This document shows positions 49,268 through 58,981 of a stretch of 64,000 nucleotides of DNA, one piece after another. The notes below the pieces were generated by a model. That model was not told the DNA's origin and did no database searches. It was given only the letters and a program-made list of their open reading frames with translations. Location: contig CAVVLO010000003.1 of NCBI GenBank assembly GCA_963749155.1, positions 64,001 through 128,000 of the forward strand, in the 5' to 3' direction. The translations under genes and the position numbers were made by a program. Each line of letters begins with the position of its first letter. Positions within the stretch are counted from its first letter, which is position 1. Origin of the DNA: an uncultured Armatimonadia bacterium (lineage in GTDB: Bacteria > Armatimonadota > Zipacnadia > CAVVLO01).

Positions 49268-50503
49268 GTGAGAATCCTGTTGGCGCTAGCCGCCTTGATT
49301 GTGCTCGCTAGCTGGGCTTTCGCCCAGCAACCCACTTTTGCGCCTGTGCTAAACATCCGGGACTTCGGTGCGGTCGCCGATGGAGTAGCGGATGACACAG
49401 CGGCTTTCCAGGCGGCCCTTGAGGCAGGCCGTCAGCAGCAACTGCCCGTCTACCTGCCGCGCGGAGATTATCGCCTGACTCAGACCATCCGGGTGGAGCA
49501 ACAATTGCTGCACCGGCGAGTTCGTGGGAGGCTGGCCTGCTGATGGCGCCCCCATCGCCAAGCTGTGGATCGATCACTCGGAAGGGCCAGGTATTCTGCT
49601 AACTGCCGGTGGGTCGCTCAATGGCTTTGGGCTTTTTTACGACTGGACCAAACATGAGGACTTCGCCCCTGCCATCCTGCTCTCCAGCGCCAATGGCACC
49701 TCTATCACCAACCTGCGCCTGCAATATCCCAAAGACGGCATCATAATGGACGAGACAGGCCACGGGCGCAACCAGTTCCGGGACATCTTTATGGTAGACC
49801 CGCGCGGTGTCGGGATGTATGTCCGCAACACTTTCGATGTGCCTTACCTCTCCAATATCGAGGTCTGGTGCAATGGCGGGATGCGTCCTGGCCCGGCCTT
49901 CCAGTTCGGTCGGAACGATGAGATTCAGCTGCAATTCGCTCTTCGCCTTCCAGACCAAAATCGGCTTGCTGTTTGGGCAGGAAGAGACCGAAGACCTGGC
50001 TGGAGGCGTTTCTGCTTCGCGCGGCGCCTACGGCACCTTCGTGGACTGCGCCACCGATGCCTGCGAGTTCGGCATCGTCGTGCGCGATGATTGCTCGCTC
50101 AACTTCGTGGGCGGCGACCTCTGGAACCACTGGGGCGGGCTTGATTGTCGAGCATCCAGACGCTCATATCCGCTGTACTGGCCTCTCCTTCAGCACCAAT
50201 GGTGACTCCTCTATCGTTGTAAAGGAAGGCGGCGAGTTGATATTGAGCGGTTGCCGAATTGGCCGCGCCTTCAGCAATGGCGAAGTAGTATCGAGCCAGT
50301 TTGCCAACCTGAAGTCCCTCGTGATGGCCGGCTGCAGCTTTACGGACCAGGGGCCCTGCGTTGCTTTGGGCGCCGGGCTTGGGCAAGTCAGCCTGCTGGG
50401 CAACACCTTCGCGCCTTCCCAGTTCGATAAACTGCGCAATAACTGCGACCCTGAGACCGAACTTGCCCTCACCGGCAATGTTGGCCTGGAGCCAAAGGAG
50501 TGA
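49268..50503 (+). CDS. Secreted pectate_lyase_3-type right-handed beta-helix protein (three apparent frameshifts ~49510, ~49930, ~50140)
   Basis: LNIRDFGAVADGVADDTAAFQAAL...VYLPRGDYRL; overlapping ORFs 49268, 49524, 49807 and 49973 join by removing one base at each junction. Confidence 0.75.
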
Positions 50504-51045
50504 CCGTGGAAAATATCCGGATGGATTTCCCGCTTGCGACTGCAGATTTGCCCCTTCCGCAGGTGGCAAAGGGCTACGAGCTGGTCACGGTGAACGCAGA
50601 GCGCGTCGAGCTATGGGCACAGGCGCTGAGTCTGGCTTTCCCCGACCACCCTTTTACCGCGGCCAAATTGGAGGAAGAGTTCATTAACAAGCCCCAGTTT
50701 GACCCGAAAGGCGTCTTCCTCATCCTGAAAAAGGACAAGCCTGTCGCGACCGCTTTCGCCTGGCTGGACAACCCCGAAGAACGTACCACTGGCCGCTTGC
50801 ACTGGGTGGGCTGCGATGAGTCGCACCGAGGCAAAGGGCTGGGCCGAGCCGTCGTGGTAGCTGTGCTGAACTACCTCAAAGTGAAAGGCCTGACGCGCGC
50901 CACGCTGGACACCCAGACTTTCCGTCTGCCTGCCATCCAGCTCTATCTCGACCTGGGCTTCGTGCCTTATATGGAAAAGAGCTTCGAGCAGCTCGAGGCC
51001 TGGTCGGGTGTCTTCAAGGCCTTCGCCAACGCTCGTAAACGCTGA
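50500..51045 (+). CDS. GNAT family N-acetyltransferase
   Basis: LHWVG....HRGKGLGRA, RLPAIQLYLDLGF. Confidence 0.88.
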   Translation: MTVENIRMDFPLATADLPLPQVAKGYELVTVNAERVELWAQALSLAFPDHPFTAAKLEEEFINKPQFDPKGVFLILKKDKPVATAFAWLDNPEERTTGRLHWVGCDESHRGKGLGRAVVVAVLNYLKVKGLTRATLDTQTFRLPAIQLYLDLGFVPYMEKSFEQLEAWSGVFKAFANARKR

Positions 51046-52008
51046 TGCGCGTTATCTCGGCAAGCCGCCGGACCGACATACCGGCCTTCTACGGCGACTG
51101 GCTTGAGAATCGCGTTGCTGCCGGCTGGTGTGCAGTGCCCAATCACATCGAGCCGGAAATATTACTGCGTCTCTTTGCGCCCCGAGGACGTGCTGGCCTT
51201 CGTCTTCTGGACGCGCAACGCTACGCCCTTTCTCCCCAGTTTGCGCAGGTTGCTGGATATGGGTTATCGCGGCTATTTCCAGTATACAATCACCCCTTAC
51301 GGCAAGCCTTTCGAGCTTTCGGGGCCATCAGAGGCCCAGGCTCTCGAAGGCCTTGCGGCGGTTTCGGATTTGCTGGAACCTGAGTTTGTCCAATGGCGCT
51401 ATGACCCGATAATTATCTCCGATGTGACCCCCTGGTATTGGCACCTGGCCCAGTTCGAGCGCCTCGCTGAGGAGCTGATGGGCCGTACTACCACCTGCGT
51501 TATCTCCTTTGCGCAGCTTTACGCAAAAAATCGCAGCGCGCTGGATTCTCTCGGCTGCGCTTATCGCTACGTGCCAGTAGCCGAGGGACTGAGGCCCAAA
51601 CACGGCACTGTGCTACCTGCCGCAGAACGCAGGACGCTGGCTGCCGAGCTTGCGCGCATCGGCGCGCGCTATGGTCTGCGCGTTGCAGCCTGTTGTGACA
51701 GCGCGCTTGTAGATGAGTCCGCTGGGGTTTTTCAGAGCCATTGCCTTGACCGCGACCTGATAAGGCGCCTGCGGCCTGAGGTTGCATATTCTGCTGCCAG
51801 GCTGCGCGAAAAGCCAACTCGCGCGGGTTGTGGCTGTTTCGAGTCGGTGGACATCGGCGCTTACGACACCTGCCCTTTCGGTTGTGTCTACTGTTATGCC
51901 TCAAAAAGTCAGGCCAGCGCGAAAGCCAACCTGGCTCGCCACAATCCAAGGCGCCCAGCGCTGTTTGAGTTCAAGGGCAAGCCCTGTCCAGACGAGGAGC
52001 TGTTATGA
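51045..52008 (+). CDS. DUF1848 domain protein (one apparent frameshift ~51148)
   Basis: ISASRRTDIPAFY, VFWTRN, FQYTITPY, WRYDPI, CGC..SVDIGAYDTCPFGCVYCYA. Confidence 0.88.
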
Positions 52009-54251
52009 GCCGGCTGCTAGCTTGCTGTCTGCTGTTGGCACTTATGCCAGCCTGCCTGCCTGCGCAAACCGAAGCGCCGTGGGTTGGTTTCGGTGTGTTC
52101 GGCGGTGAAGAAGACCTGATTACCTCGATGCAGCCCTGGTTTTCGCGGCTGAGCCTCTGTCGCGCTCTGGCTCCCGACCAGACCGATTCGATGCGCGCCC
52201 TCGCTGAGGCGGGCAAAAAACACGGAGCGCGTATCACGTTCCAGTCCATCAATGTGCTCGATTTTCCTGGCGGAAGCGAATATGAAGCCCGTCCAGACTA
52301 TTACGCTTTGCGCTCTGATGGTTATAAAGGCCAGGACTGCCCCGACGGTCTTATGCGTTGCCATCTGCTAGACTTCACCAGCCAGGCGGTCTGGGAAGCC
52401 ACTCGCGCCCAACTGCGCTACTGCATCACAGAGCTTGGCGGAGAAGCCTTCCGCTATTCCGACTGCGTGTGGCCCTGGTGGGGAGGCTTCTGGGGTTACA
52501 GTGAATCTGCCCTGGCCGCTTACCGCAAAGCGTTACTAGGCCAGGATGAGGGACTGGAACTCTTCATCGCGCCTGGTCAAACGCGCCAGTACCAGTTCTG
52601 GGACTGGTTCGAGGAATACACCGGATTCCGCTTCACGCCCGAGCAGCTTGGACTGACAAACTTTGCGGAATATGTTCCTCCCCCTCAACCTGCGGCGGAC
52701 AATACTGATGAGCTGGCCTGGAAGCGTCATTTTGTGTATCTCTTCCTGATGCACTGGGAGTTCGGTCGCTATCTGCAGCAGCTTGGCCTGGAGGCCGAAC
52801 GCCTCGGAGGGCGTTTCGAGGCCGTGGTCAATCCTGAAGCACTGCACAATGGCACCAGCTATCGCCTCTTTAGCCGGCTTGCGCACGCGGGGCCCTTCTT
52901 CCTCGAACTGTGGTTGGGCCCAGAAGTGGCAGTGGCGACTTATTATAACCTCGCTTACGATCTCGAGCAGGCCCTTCGCTTCGGAAGGCCTTTCTGCCTT
53001 CAGGGCGAGAGCGGCTTGCAGGGGGCTTTCGAGGGCTTTAACAACCTGCCAGCGCGGCCTTTCTATTGGGACCGAGAGGCCAATCGGGCGCTTACCTATG
53101 CCCTGGGCGCCACTGGGAAATTCCAGGAGCGCGAAGACGATTATCTCTTCTATGGGCCGGACGTAATGGCCAAGCCCTTCACTGGGTTCACGCACACCTG
53201 GGAGGCATTAATCCAGTCAGGCAAAGCCTTCGAGCAACAGGCGCTCGATGGCGCGCGCAGGCCACCCACCCGCCTTGGGGAGGTACATCTGGCCTCAGTC
53301 TTCCACTCCGACGTGATGGCCGACCATTCCTGGAGCCAACTCCACAGCCTTGCGCCAGCCGTGGTAGAGAGCCATTTCGTCTTTGATGGAGTGGATTTTC
53401 CGCTTACAGACGATTATCTCGAGGCGCACGACGTGCTGTTATGGAATGCCTGGGAGTCGCCGGTTGGCTTCACAGAGCGTCTTGGCAAGTGGCTCGAACA
53501 GCCTGGCAAAACGCTTATAACGCACTCTTTCGTGCCAACTCGAATAATGGAAGGGCTGCATCACCTGACCTGGGGGCGGCAGGTGGCTTTCTTCGATGAG
53601 GCAGGGGCAGAACTGGCGCGGCCACTTGGCCTGGGCAAGCTGACCGAGACCGAGGTAAAAACTGGCCAGGTTGATTTCATCGCACCAGAACTGGCGCCTT
53701 TCTTAGCTGAGATCAAGCTCGGAAGCCCCTGGGAAAGCGTTCTGCCCCTGTGCGCGTGCGAGCTTGGCAGGCCTCTGATTGCCAGCAATGGGCAAAGTCT
53801 TGTGACCGAGGCCTTTGTCCCAGGTGGCGGCAAGGTCCTTTATCTCAATATCGCGCCTCCCTCCGACTGGACAAAGGCTAGCTCGGAGCAACGCGCCTTC
53901 CTGGCTGACTTGATGCAGGCGCTTTTACGCTACGCTGGCGTTGAGCCCGTTGCCAGAGGCAACTCCACCGTGCGCGTGCTGCCTTTCACCACGAGTGCAG
54001 GGCAGGTTTTTGTCCTGCTGGACCTTGGTGACACGGCCGATTCGTCAGCCCCTCGTCGGTTCACGGCTGAACGCCAACACTATGATCACGTGCCGCGCCT
54101 CGAGCTGAGAGTGCCCGCTTCGACCACTTTCAACGTCACCGATGCGTTGATTGGCGAAAAAGGCCAACTAACGAGCGATCCAGCAGGCTGGCTTGCCATC
54201 CCTATGACCGAAAGGGCCTGCAGACTGCTCTATGTAGAGCCTCTCGACTAG
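52005..54251 (+). CDS. Secreted putative glycoside hydrolase, unclassified; paralogue of 32817..35663
   Basis: Signal peptide; shared blocks D.VWP.WGG.WGY, AYR.ALL.QDEGL, FWD.FE.Y.G.R..P..LGL, NPE. Confidence 0.6.
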   Translation: MSRLLACCLLLALMPACLPAQTEAPWVGFGVFGGEEDLITSMQPWFSRLSLCRALAPDQTDSMRALAEAGKKHGARITFQSINVLDFPGGSEYEARPDYYALRSDGYKGQDCPDGLMRCHLLDFTSQAVWEATRAQLRYCITELGGEAFRYSDCVWPWWGGFWGYSESALAAYRKALLGQDEGLELFIAPGQTRQYQFWDWFEEYTGFRFTPEQLGLTNFAEYVPPPQPAADNTDELAWKRHFVYLFLMHWEFGRYLQQLGLEAERLGGRFEAVVNPEALHNGTSYRLFSRLAHAGPFFLELWLGPEVAVATYYNLAYDLEQALRFGRPFCLQGESGLQGAFEGFNNLPARPFYWDREANRALTYALGATGKFQEREDDYLFYGPDVMAKPFTGFTHTWEALIQSGKAFEQQALDGARRPPTRLGEVHLASVFHSDVMADHSWSQLHSLAPAVVESHFVFDGVDFPLTDDYLEAHDVLLWNAWESPVGFTERLGKWLEQPGKTLITHSFVPTRIMEGLHHLTWGRQVAFFDEAGAELARPLGLGKLTETEVKTGQVDFIAPELAPFLAEIKLGSPWESVLPLCACELGRPLIASNGQSLVTEAFVPGGGKVLYLNIAPPSDWTKASSEQRAFLADLMQALLRYAGVEPVARGNSTVRVLPFTTSAGQVFVLLDLGDTADSSAPRRFTAERQHYDHVPRLELRVPASTTFNVTDALIGEKGQLTSDPAGWLAIPMTERACRLLYVEPLD

Positions 54252-57200
54252 TCTTCGACCAGGTTAGCGAGAGCCTGAAGTGGCGATGGCACCTCCAGTC
54301 CTGCGCCTGAAAGCGCCGCAGTGCTGCCCCCAAGCAGCAGGGCGCTGCCTCCAGCTACGTTGTAGCTTGCTCCCGGTGCAAGCTCGACGGGGGTGGCAAG
54401 CTCGACCCGCGCGTCCGCATGGAAGCTGTTGTCGTTTTTGTCCTTCCAGAAATAGCCCTTCAACTCGGAGCGCGGCGTAGGCAACAATACCTCTGCCAGG
54501 CCCGCTGTTTTGTCTTCCCAGCCAAATACTGCCTTGTAATACTGCGGCACGCCTGGGCCCCAGACCTCATCTCCTTCTCGCGAACCCCCAAGATTGGGCA
54601 GGAGATACTCGAAAATCGCGACCAGCGTGAGTAGACGCTCATCTGTATTGGTGACATCGACCAATTCGACCAGGCAGCCTGGCCGCCCGGAGAAGAAAGT
54701 GAACCTGTGGCGAGTCTCAAAGGCGCGCTCACTCGAGCCTGCCGCTGGCGTATAGGCGCCGGTTACAGTCACCTGAGTCACGAGAGGCCCTTCAGCCAGT
54801 TCATAACCGACCACCGAATTGGTGCCAGGCCAGGCGTTAGCTGGATTGCGCTGCTGGATGACGCCTTGGTAGAAACCCAGTTCCTGGCCTTCCCAGTAGA
54901 GGCGCATCATCGGGCCTTCGCCCTGCTCGAAGCTGCAGCGCAAAGCCCCCTGTTCGATTGTTAGCTGCGTCCCGGTATCGTTTATACGCAAGTCCGCTGC
55001 CGGAGTGACGGGAGGCGTTGCTCCTGGCGCCCAGTAGATGGTCTTCGCGGAGCAAGCCGCAAGTTCTTCCAGTTGCAGCCAGAGGAGGGGTGGCTCTCCT
55101 GGCACGAACTGCGCAGTGACTGGCGAGCCGTCTGCAAGGAAGGCCGCGCCGGGCTTTGCGAAAGCGGCAGGCAACTCGACACTTGCCAGGGGCTTTATTA
55201 CTGCCGCCGGCTCGGGATTGCTGACCACAAGCTTCTGGACAGGCTGGCTTGTGAGGGCCGCGAAAGGTTGCTCAGGTTCAGTCCAGGCGCGCGAGGCAGT
55301 GTTGTCTGCGCGGTTTGCCTCTGGAAGCGTTGCATCAGGATCGACCACGACTCGCGCGCAGTGACCCCCGGGCGTAGCAGGCAGCTCTAGCCCCAACTGC
55401 GCGGAACTCTGAGCAGGAATCTGGAGGCTCAGTCGCCTCTCATCAGCGCCATCCAGCCAAAAAGCGCAATCAGCGGTTACGGCAACGCCGCCCTGGTTCT
55501 CTACGATACAGGCGGCTTCAGCGCCCTCTCCCTCGAAACGCACCGAGAGAGCCGGTGCCTCCCCTGAGTGCAATCCATAGGCCATTGCGTTCACACGCGC
55601 TGCCGTCTCGGTCAGCGTCGTATATACCTCATCCTGCTCGGTTACCAGGCCGTAGTTGCTGTCCTCCGGGAAGGTGCTCGAGATGCCAAGTGCCGGCTCA
55701 TCCACCCACATAAAGTAGTCGGACCCCACCATAAAGGGCAGACTGAAAAGCGTTTTCTGGAAAACCTCATAGCACTTGGCCTTCTGCTCCTGGGTGTCGA
55801 CGCGCATCCCCGCGCCGTGCATACATGGAAGCCCGCTATCGAGGGCCGGGAAAGACCATTCGGTCAGCATCATCGGCTTGCCGCCGCAAAGTTCGTGATA
55901 TTCCTTCCACATCTCGGCCAGTTCGGGAGCCGCGCCTGACTCGAAGTCGATGGTCGGATAATAGTTGAAGGTGACGATGTCCGAATAGCGTCCGCAAGCG
56001 CGCCAGGCGGCATCAGGAGCGTTGCCTGCGAACCTGCTGCCGATAATCATATGATTGGGATCGTGTTTGCGTATGGCCTCGCAAGCCCCTTTGAAATAGA
56101 GCTCCGCGACCAAATCAACATAGGCAAGTTTGTCTCTTAGCACCGCATCGGCCCTGGGCCCTGACAGCTCTGTCCGCTCCAGAATGTCGTCCCAGGAGGC
56201 AAACTGGCTGCCCCAGGCCTCATTTAGGGCCTCAACCTGGCCATATTTCGCCTGCAGTTGGGCAACCAAAGCCTGCTTTGCGGAATTGTCAGCCGGCAGC
56301 TTGGCTCCCTCGTCGAAGAGAGCTTCCTCCCGGTAGGTCTTACCGTACCACTCCAGCTCGTTGTCGAGGAAGTACCCGAAAAGCCAGGGATCGTCTTTGG
56401 CCTGGTCACAGGTCTGCTGAGCCCGCTTGTCGCAGTAGCGCGCCCAGTCGGGGCTGAATACGTTGGGGAAACCCGTCCAGGTCGTCTTGATGACCAGCGG
56501 GTCATAGTCCGAGAAGGCCGCGCCGAAGCTGATGAATTCGACATGGGCAAGCCCCTGATAACGCAGGGGGACATCAGCGCCGGCCGAAAGCAGATTGAAG
56601 TTCCATTGCTTCAGCCGTTGAAGGGTCTGCTGATACCATTCTTCCCGGCTTGAGTATTTGGCGTCATTGTTGCGCTCGTAGGGGGCGTACGCGAGCTTCT
56701 CGCACCAGTGGCCCGAGTATCTGCAATGGTCGGTGCCCAGGGCAAAACAGGCCTCTCCGTTGGGCGCGAAGCACCACCAGCGCCCCTCCTGTTCAGCCAC
56801 GGTAAAGAAGCCGGTAGGCGTCTGGCTGACCTCGGTAAAAGTCGGCATGGTAACGGCTGGATAACTTCTGGCCTGCGGTGGCTCTGGCATAACCTCGTCC
56901 CTCCCCTCGGCCCTTGCATCATCAAACAAGGTGCGGATCCCGCTGACATCGAAAGCTGGTTTGCCCCAGGTGACAGCTTCGGCGTTAAAATCGCGCCCAA
57001 GGCGGGTGACTTCCTGCCCGGCCTGGGTCGAGACAACACCTGTTATGCCCTCCGGCGTGACCTCGAGCCTGAAGCGATAGGTCTGCCCATACTGCCAGTT
57101 GTAGTCGAAACCAAAACCAGGTCTTTCGTGCAGGCTGTTCTGGGACAGCCAGACTCCTTCTAGCGACTCGCTCAGCTCGATGAAATGGCGCGCGCCTTCG

Positions 57201-57550
57201 GCTACGGGCGATTCGACGAAAGCCAGATGCCAAAAGTTCGCATCGTTTTGGTAGAGAGCTATACCTGCTATCTTCCACCCTTCGCCGGAGCTTTCCAGAG
57301 GGGTAATCAGCGCCTCGAAGTCAAGCTGCCGATAACCCGCAGGCTCGGCGAGCAGGCAGAAGCTACGCTCCCCGGCAGCCTTGCAGAGGAGCTGGCCCTG
57401 TTCAACCGACCAATAGATATCTCGCGTCGCCCACTGGGGGGCTGGTTCTGCACCCTGAGGGTAACTCGAAAAATCATCTGTCAAGTCTAGTGGAGCCGCC
57501 CAAACCTGGGCAGCCACCAGCGCCAATATCAGTATCAAAAAGGTCTTCAT
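54248..57550 (-). CDS. Secreted GH50/beta-agarase-like (clan GH-A) hydrolase with CARDB-like domain
   Basis: TGFFTV...GRWW, RLKQWNFN, FPNVFSPDW, DDPWLFGYFLDNEL, AIRKHDPNHMIIGSRF, PMMLTEW, FMWVDEP, EDSNYGLV; VDPD...PEANRADN. Confidence 0.8.
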   Translation of the reverse strand: MKTFLILILALVAAQVWAAPLDLTDDFSSYPQGAEPAPQWATRDIYWSVEQGQLLCKAAGERSFCLLAEPAGYRQLDFEALITPLESSGEGWKIAGIALYQNDANFWHLAFVESPVAEGARHFIELSESLEGVWLSQNSLHERPGFGFDYNWQYGQTYRFRLEVTPEGITGVVSTQAGQEVTRLGRDFNAEAVTWGKPAFDVSGIRTLFDDARAEGRDEVMPEPPQARSYPAVTMPTFTEVSQTPTGFFTVAEQEGRWWCFAPNGEACFALGTDHCRYSGHWCEKLAYAPYERNNDAKYSSREEWYQQTLQRLKQWNFNLLSAGADVPLRYQGLAHVEFISFGAAFSDYDPLVIKTTWTGFPNVFSPDWARYCDKRAQQTCDQAKDDPWLFGYFLDNELEWYGKTYREEALFDEGAKLPADNSAKQALVAQLQAKYGQVEALNEAWGSQFASWDDILERTELSGPRADAVLRDKLAYVDLVAELYFKGACEAIRKHDPNHMIIGSRFAGNAPDAAWRACGRYSDIVTFNYYPTIDFESGAAPELAEMWKEYHELCGGKPMMLTEWSFPALDSGLPCMHGAGMRVDTQEQKAKCYEVFQKTLFSLPFMVGSDYFMWVDEPALGISSTFPEDSNYGLVTEQDEVYTTLTETAARVNAMAYGLHSGEAPALSVRFEGEGAEAACIVENQGGVAVTADCAFWLDGADERRLSLQIPAQSSAQLGLELPATPGGHCARVVVDPDATLPEANRADNTASRAWTEPEQPFAALTSQPVQKLVVSNPEPAAVIKPLASVELPAAFAKPGAAFLADGSPVTAQFVPGEPPLLWLQLEELAACSAKTIYWAPGATPPVTPAADLRINDTGTQLTIEQGALRCSFEQGEGPMMRLYWEGQELGFYQGVIQQRNPANAWPGTNSVVGYELAEGPLVTQVTVTGAYTPAAGSSERAFETRHRFTFFSGRPGCLVELVDVTNTDERLLTLVAIFEYLLPNLGGSREGDEVWGPGVPQYYKAVFGWEDKTAGLAEVLLPTPRSELKGYFWKDKNDNSFHADARVELATPVELAPGASYNVAGGSALLLGGSTAALSGAGLEVPSPLQALANLVED

Positions 57551-57678
57551 TCAATCATCCACTCCTATATCGGCAGCGTATACTGAAAACTTAAGGGCTG
57601 AACAAAAATATCCTGCGTCCTTTTCCAAGGGGCGCTGCTCAGGTAGAATCTCACGAATCCAGTTGAGGAGTGTTTGTT

Positions 57679-57963
57679 ATGTGGGCAGTTGTGCTTCAGA
57701 CTTTCGTGCTGGTCTTTCTGGCTGAGCTTGGCGACAAGACTCAGATGGCGGTATTGCTTCAGGCAGGACAAAGCAGGCAGTGGATTGCTGTGACTCTCGG
57801 TGCAATGCTGGCTTTTATGCTGGCTACTTTGATGGCGGCTGTGATTGGGCAATTGCTTGGGAAATCGCTTCCCGAAAAACCCTTGCGGCTGGTAGCGGGC
57901 GCTTTGTTTATCGTGCTTGGCGCCTGGGTAATCTGGTCGACCTTAAGTGGGAAAGCCGACTAA
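57679..57963 (+). CDS. TMEM165/GDT1 (UPF0016) family Ca2+/Mn2+ transporter, single-repeat form
   Basis: FLAELGDKTQ signature, 3 TM helices, RBS GAGGAG. Confidence 0.9.
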   Translation: MWAVVLQTFVLVFLAELGDKTQMAVLLQAGQSRQWIAVTLGAMLAFMLATLMAAVIGQLLGKSLPEKPLRLVAGALFIVLGAWVIWSTLSGKAD

Positions 57964-57985
57964 GCCTTTTCTGATTAGGGCTGTT

Positions 57986-58019
57986 AAAAGACGAGCCGGT
58001 CTCGAAAGAGACCGGCTCG
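57986..58019. terminator. Terminator between convergent GDT1 and DUF1559 genes
   Basis: CGAGCCGGTCTC-GAAA-GAGACCGGCTCG, a perfect 12-bp stem; TCTTTT tail on the minus strand. Confidence 0.85.
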
Positions 58020-58049
58020 CTTGCTGTTCGCGTTTGGATGACTGCTGAT

Positions 58050-58760
58050 TTAGAGCTGGGTACAGGTCGGCCTGACGATTGGGTTCTGGCGAACATAACC
58101 GTCGTTCCGGATTGCGCCGAAAGGCACGAACTTGGTGTGGCCATCGCCGAAGGTAACGTTGGTGCCTTCATGGCGAGGAGTCCAGCCATCCCAGGTGCCG
58201 TAACGGATGCGGTCCATACCATCATTATAGACATTGGCGTCGTTGGTCCAGTCGTTGTAAATGCCAGTTGCCCACGTATCGAGTACGAGAGAGACTCCAG
58301 CAGGCCCAGCGGGTGCCTTGGCCAGAGCAGCCAGGCTCGCGTAGCCATTGTTGTAGTTGTACATAAACTCGTTGTAGCCGTAACCTACTTTCTCGGGGAT
58401 GCCCCAGATAGTACCCCAGTTGCTGCCGGTCTGACTTGGGCAGGTCCAGATCTGGGTGTTCTTGATATAAGGCTGGATGGCGCCCGGGAAGATAGCTACC
58501 CACTGATAAGCTGCGTAGGTAGCCCAGGTCTGCCAGGGCCAATAACCATCTTCAAACCGGCATGCGGGCAAAGTCTCGTCATAATCCTGAGCATACATCT
58601 GAATGCCCATGCCGATCTGCTTCAGGTTGCTAAGACAGGCTGAAGCGCGTGCCTTCTCGCGAGCGCGAGCAAACACGGGGAACAGAATTGCTGCAAGGAT
58701 CGCGATGATCGCGATTACGACAAGCAACTCAATCAGGGTGAAGCCTTTGCGTGCCCTCAT
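58050..58760 (-). CDS. Prepilin-type DUF1559 / H-X9-DG-CTERM protein
   Basis: [15 protein letters not shown]..., [30 protein letters not shown]. Confidence 0.93.
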   Translation of the reverse strand: MRARKGFTLIELLVVIAIIAILAAILFPVFARAREKARASACLSNLKQIGMGIQMYAQDYDETLPACRFEDGYWPWQTWATYAAYQWVAIFPGAIQPYIKNTQIWTCPSQTGSNWGTIWGIPEKVGYGYNEFMYNYNNGYASLAALAKAPAGPAGVSLVLDTWATGIYNDWTNDANVYNDGMDRIRYGTWDGWTPRHEGTNVTFGDGHTKFVPFGAIRNDGYVRQNPIVRPTCTQL

Positions 58761-58863
58761 AAACTACTAACCTCCCTTCGTTAATTTAAGTTGCAACTAA
58801 CGGATGAGCTAGTACGTGAGACGCGAACAGCAGAGGAAAACCAGAAATATGTTTTCTTCGCAC

Positions 58864-58892
58864 ATTATATACCCCGCATGCAAGGCAGGCAA
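58864..58892 (-). promoter_or_regulatory. Sigma70 promoter TTGCCT-N17-TATAAT
   Basis: Near-consensus hexamers with exact 17-nt spacing and an AT-rich UP region, about 100 nt upstream of ATG 58760. Confidence 0.7.
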
Positions 58893-58917
58893 CCCAAATT
58901 CAGTGTAATTTACAAAT

Positions 58918-58954
58918 AAAAAAGAGAGCCTGCTCCTCAAAGGAGCCGGCTCTC
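58918..58954 (-). terminator. Rho-independent terminator of 58982..59716
   Basis: GAGAGCC.GCTCCT/AGGAGC.GGCTCTC stem followed by TTTTTT on the minus strand. Confidence 0.8.
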
Positions 58955-58981
58955 TCTGTTCGTTTCGCACGGACTTATACG

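Noticed and set aside
49268..50503. Programmed ribosomal frameshifting or phase variation in the beta-helix gene
   Set aside because: No slippery heptamers or long homopolymers at the breaks, and the same one-extra-base signature occurs throughout the window.
57560..57678. yybP-ykoY manganese riboswitch upstream of the GDT1 gene
   Set aside because: The context would fit, but only a partial AAGGGGCG similarity is visible and the other conserved elements are not. An Rfam RF00080 cmsearch would decide.
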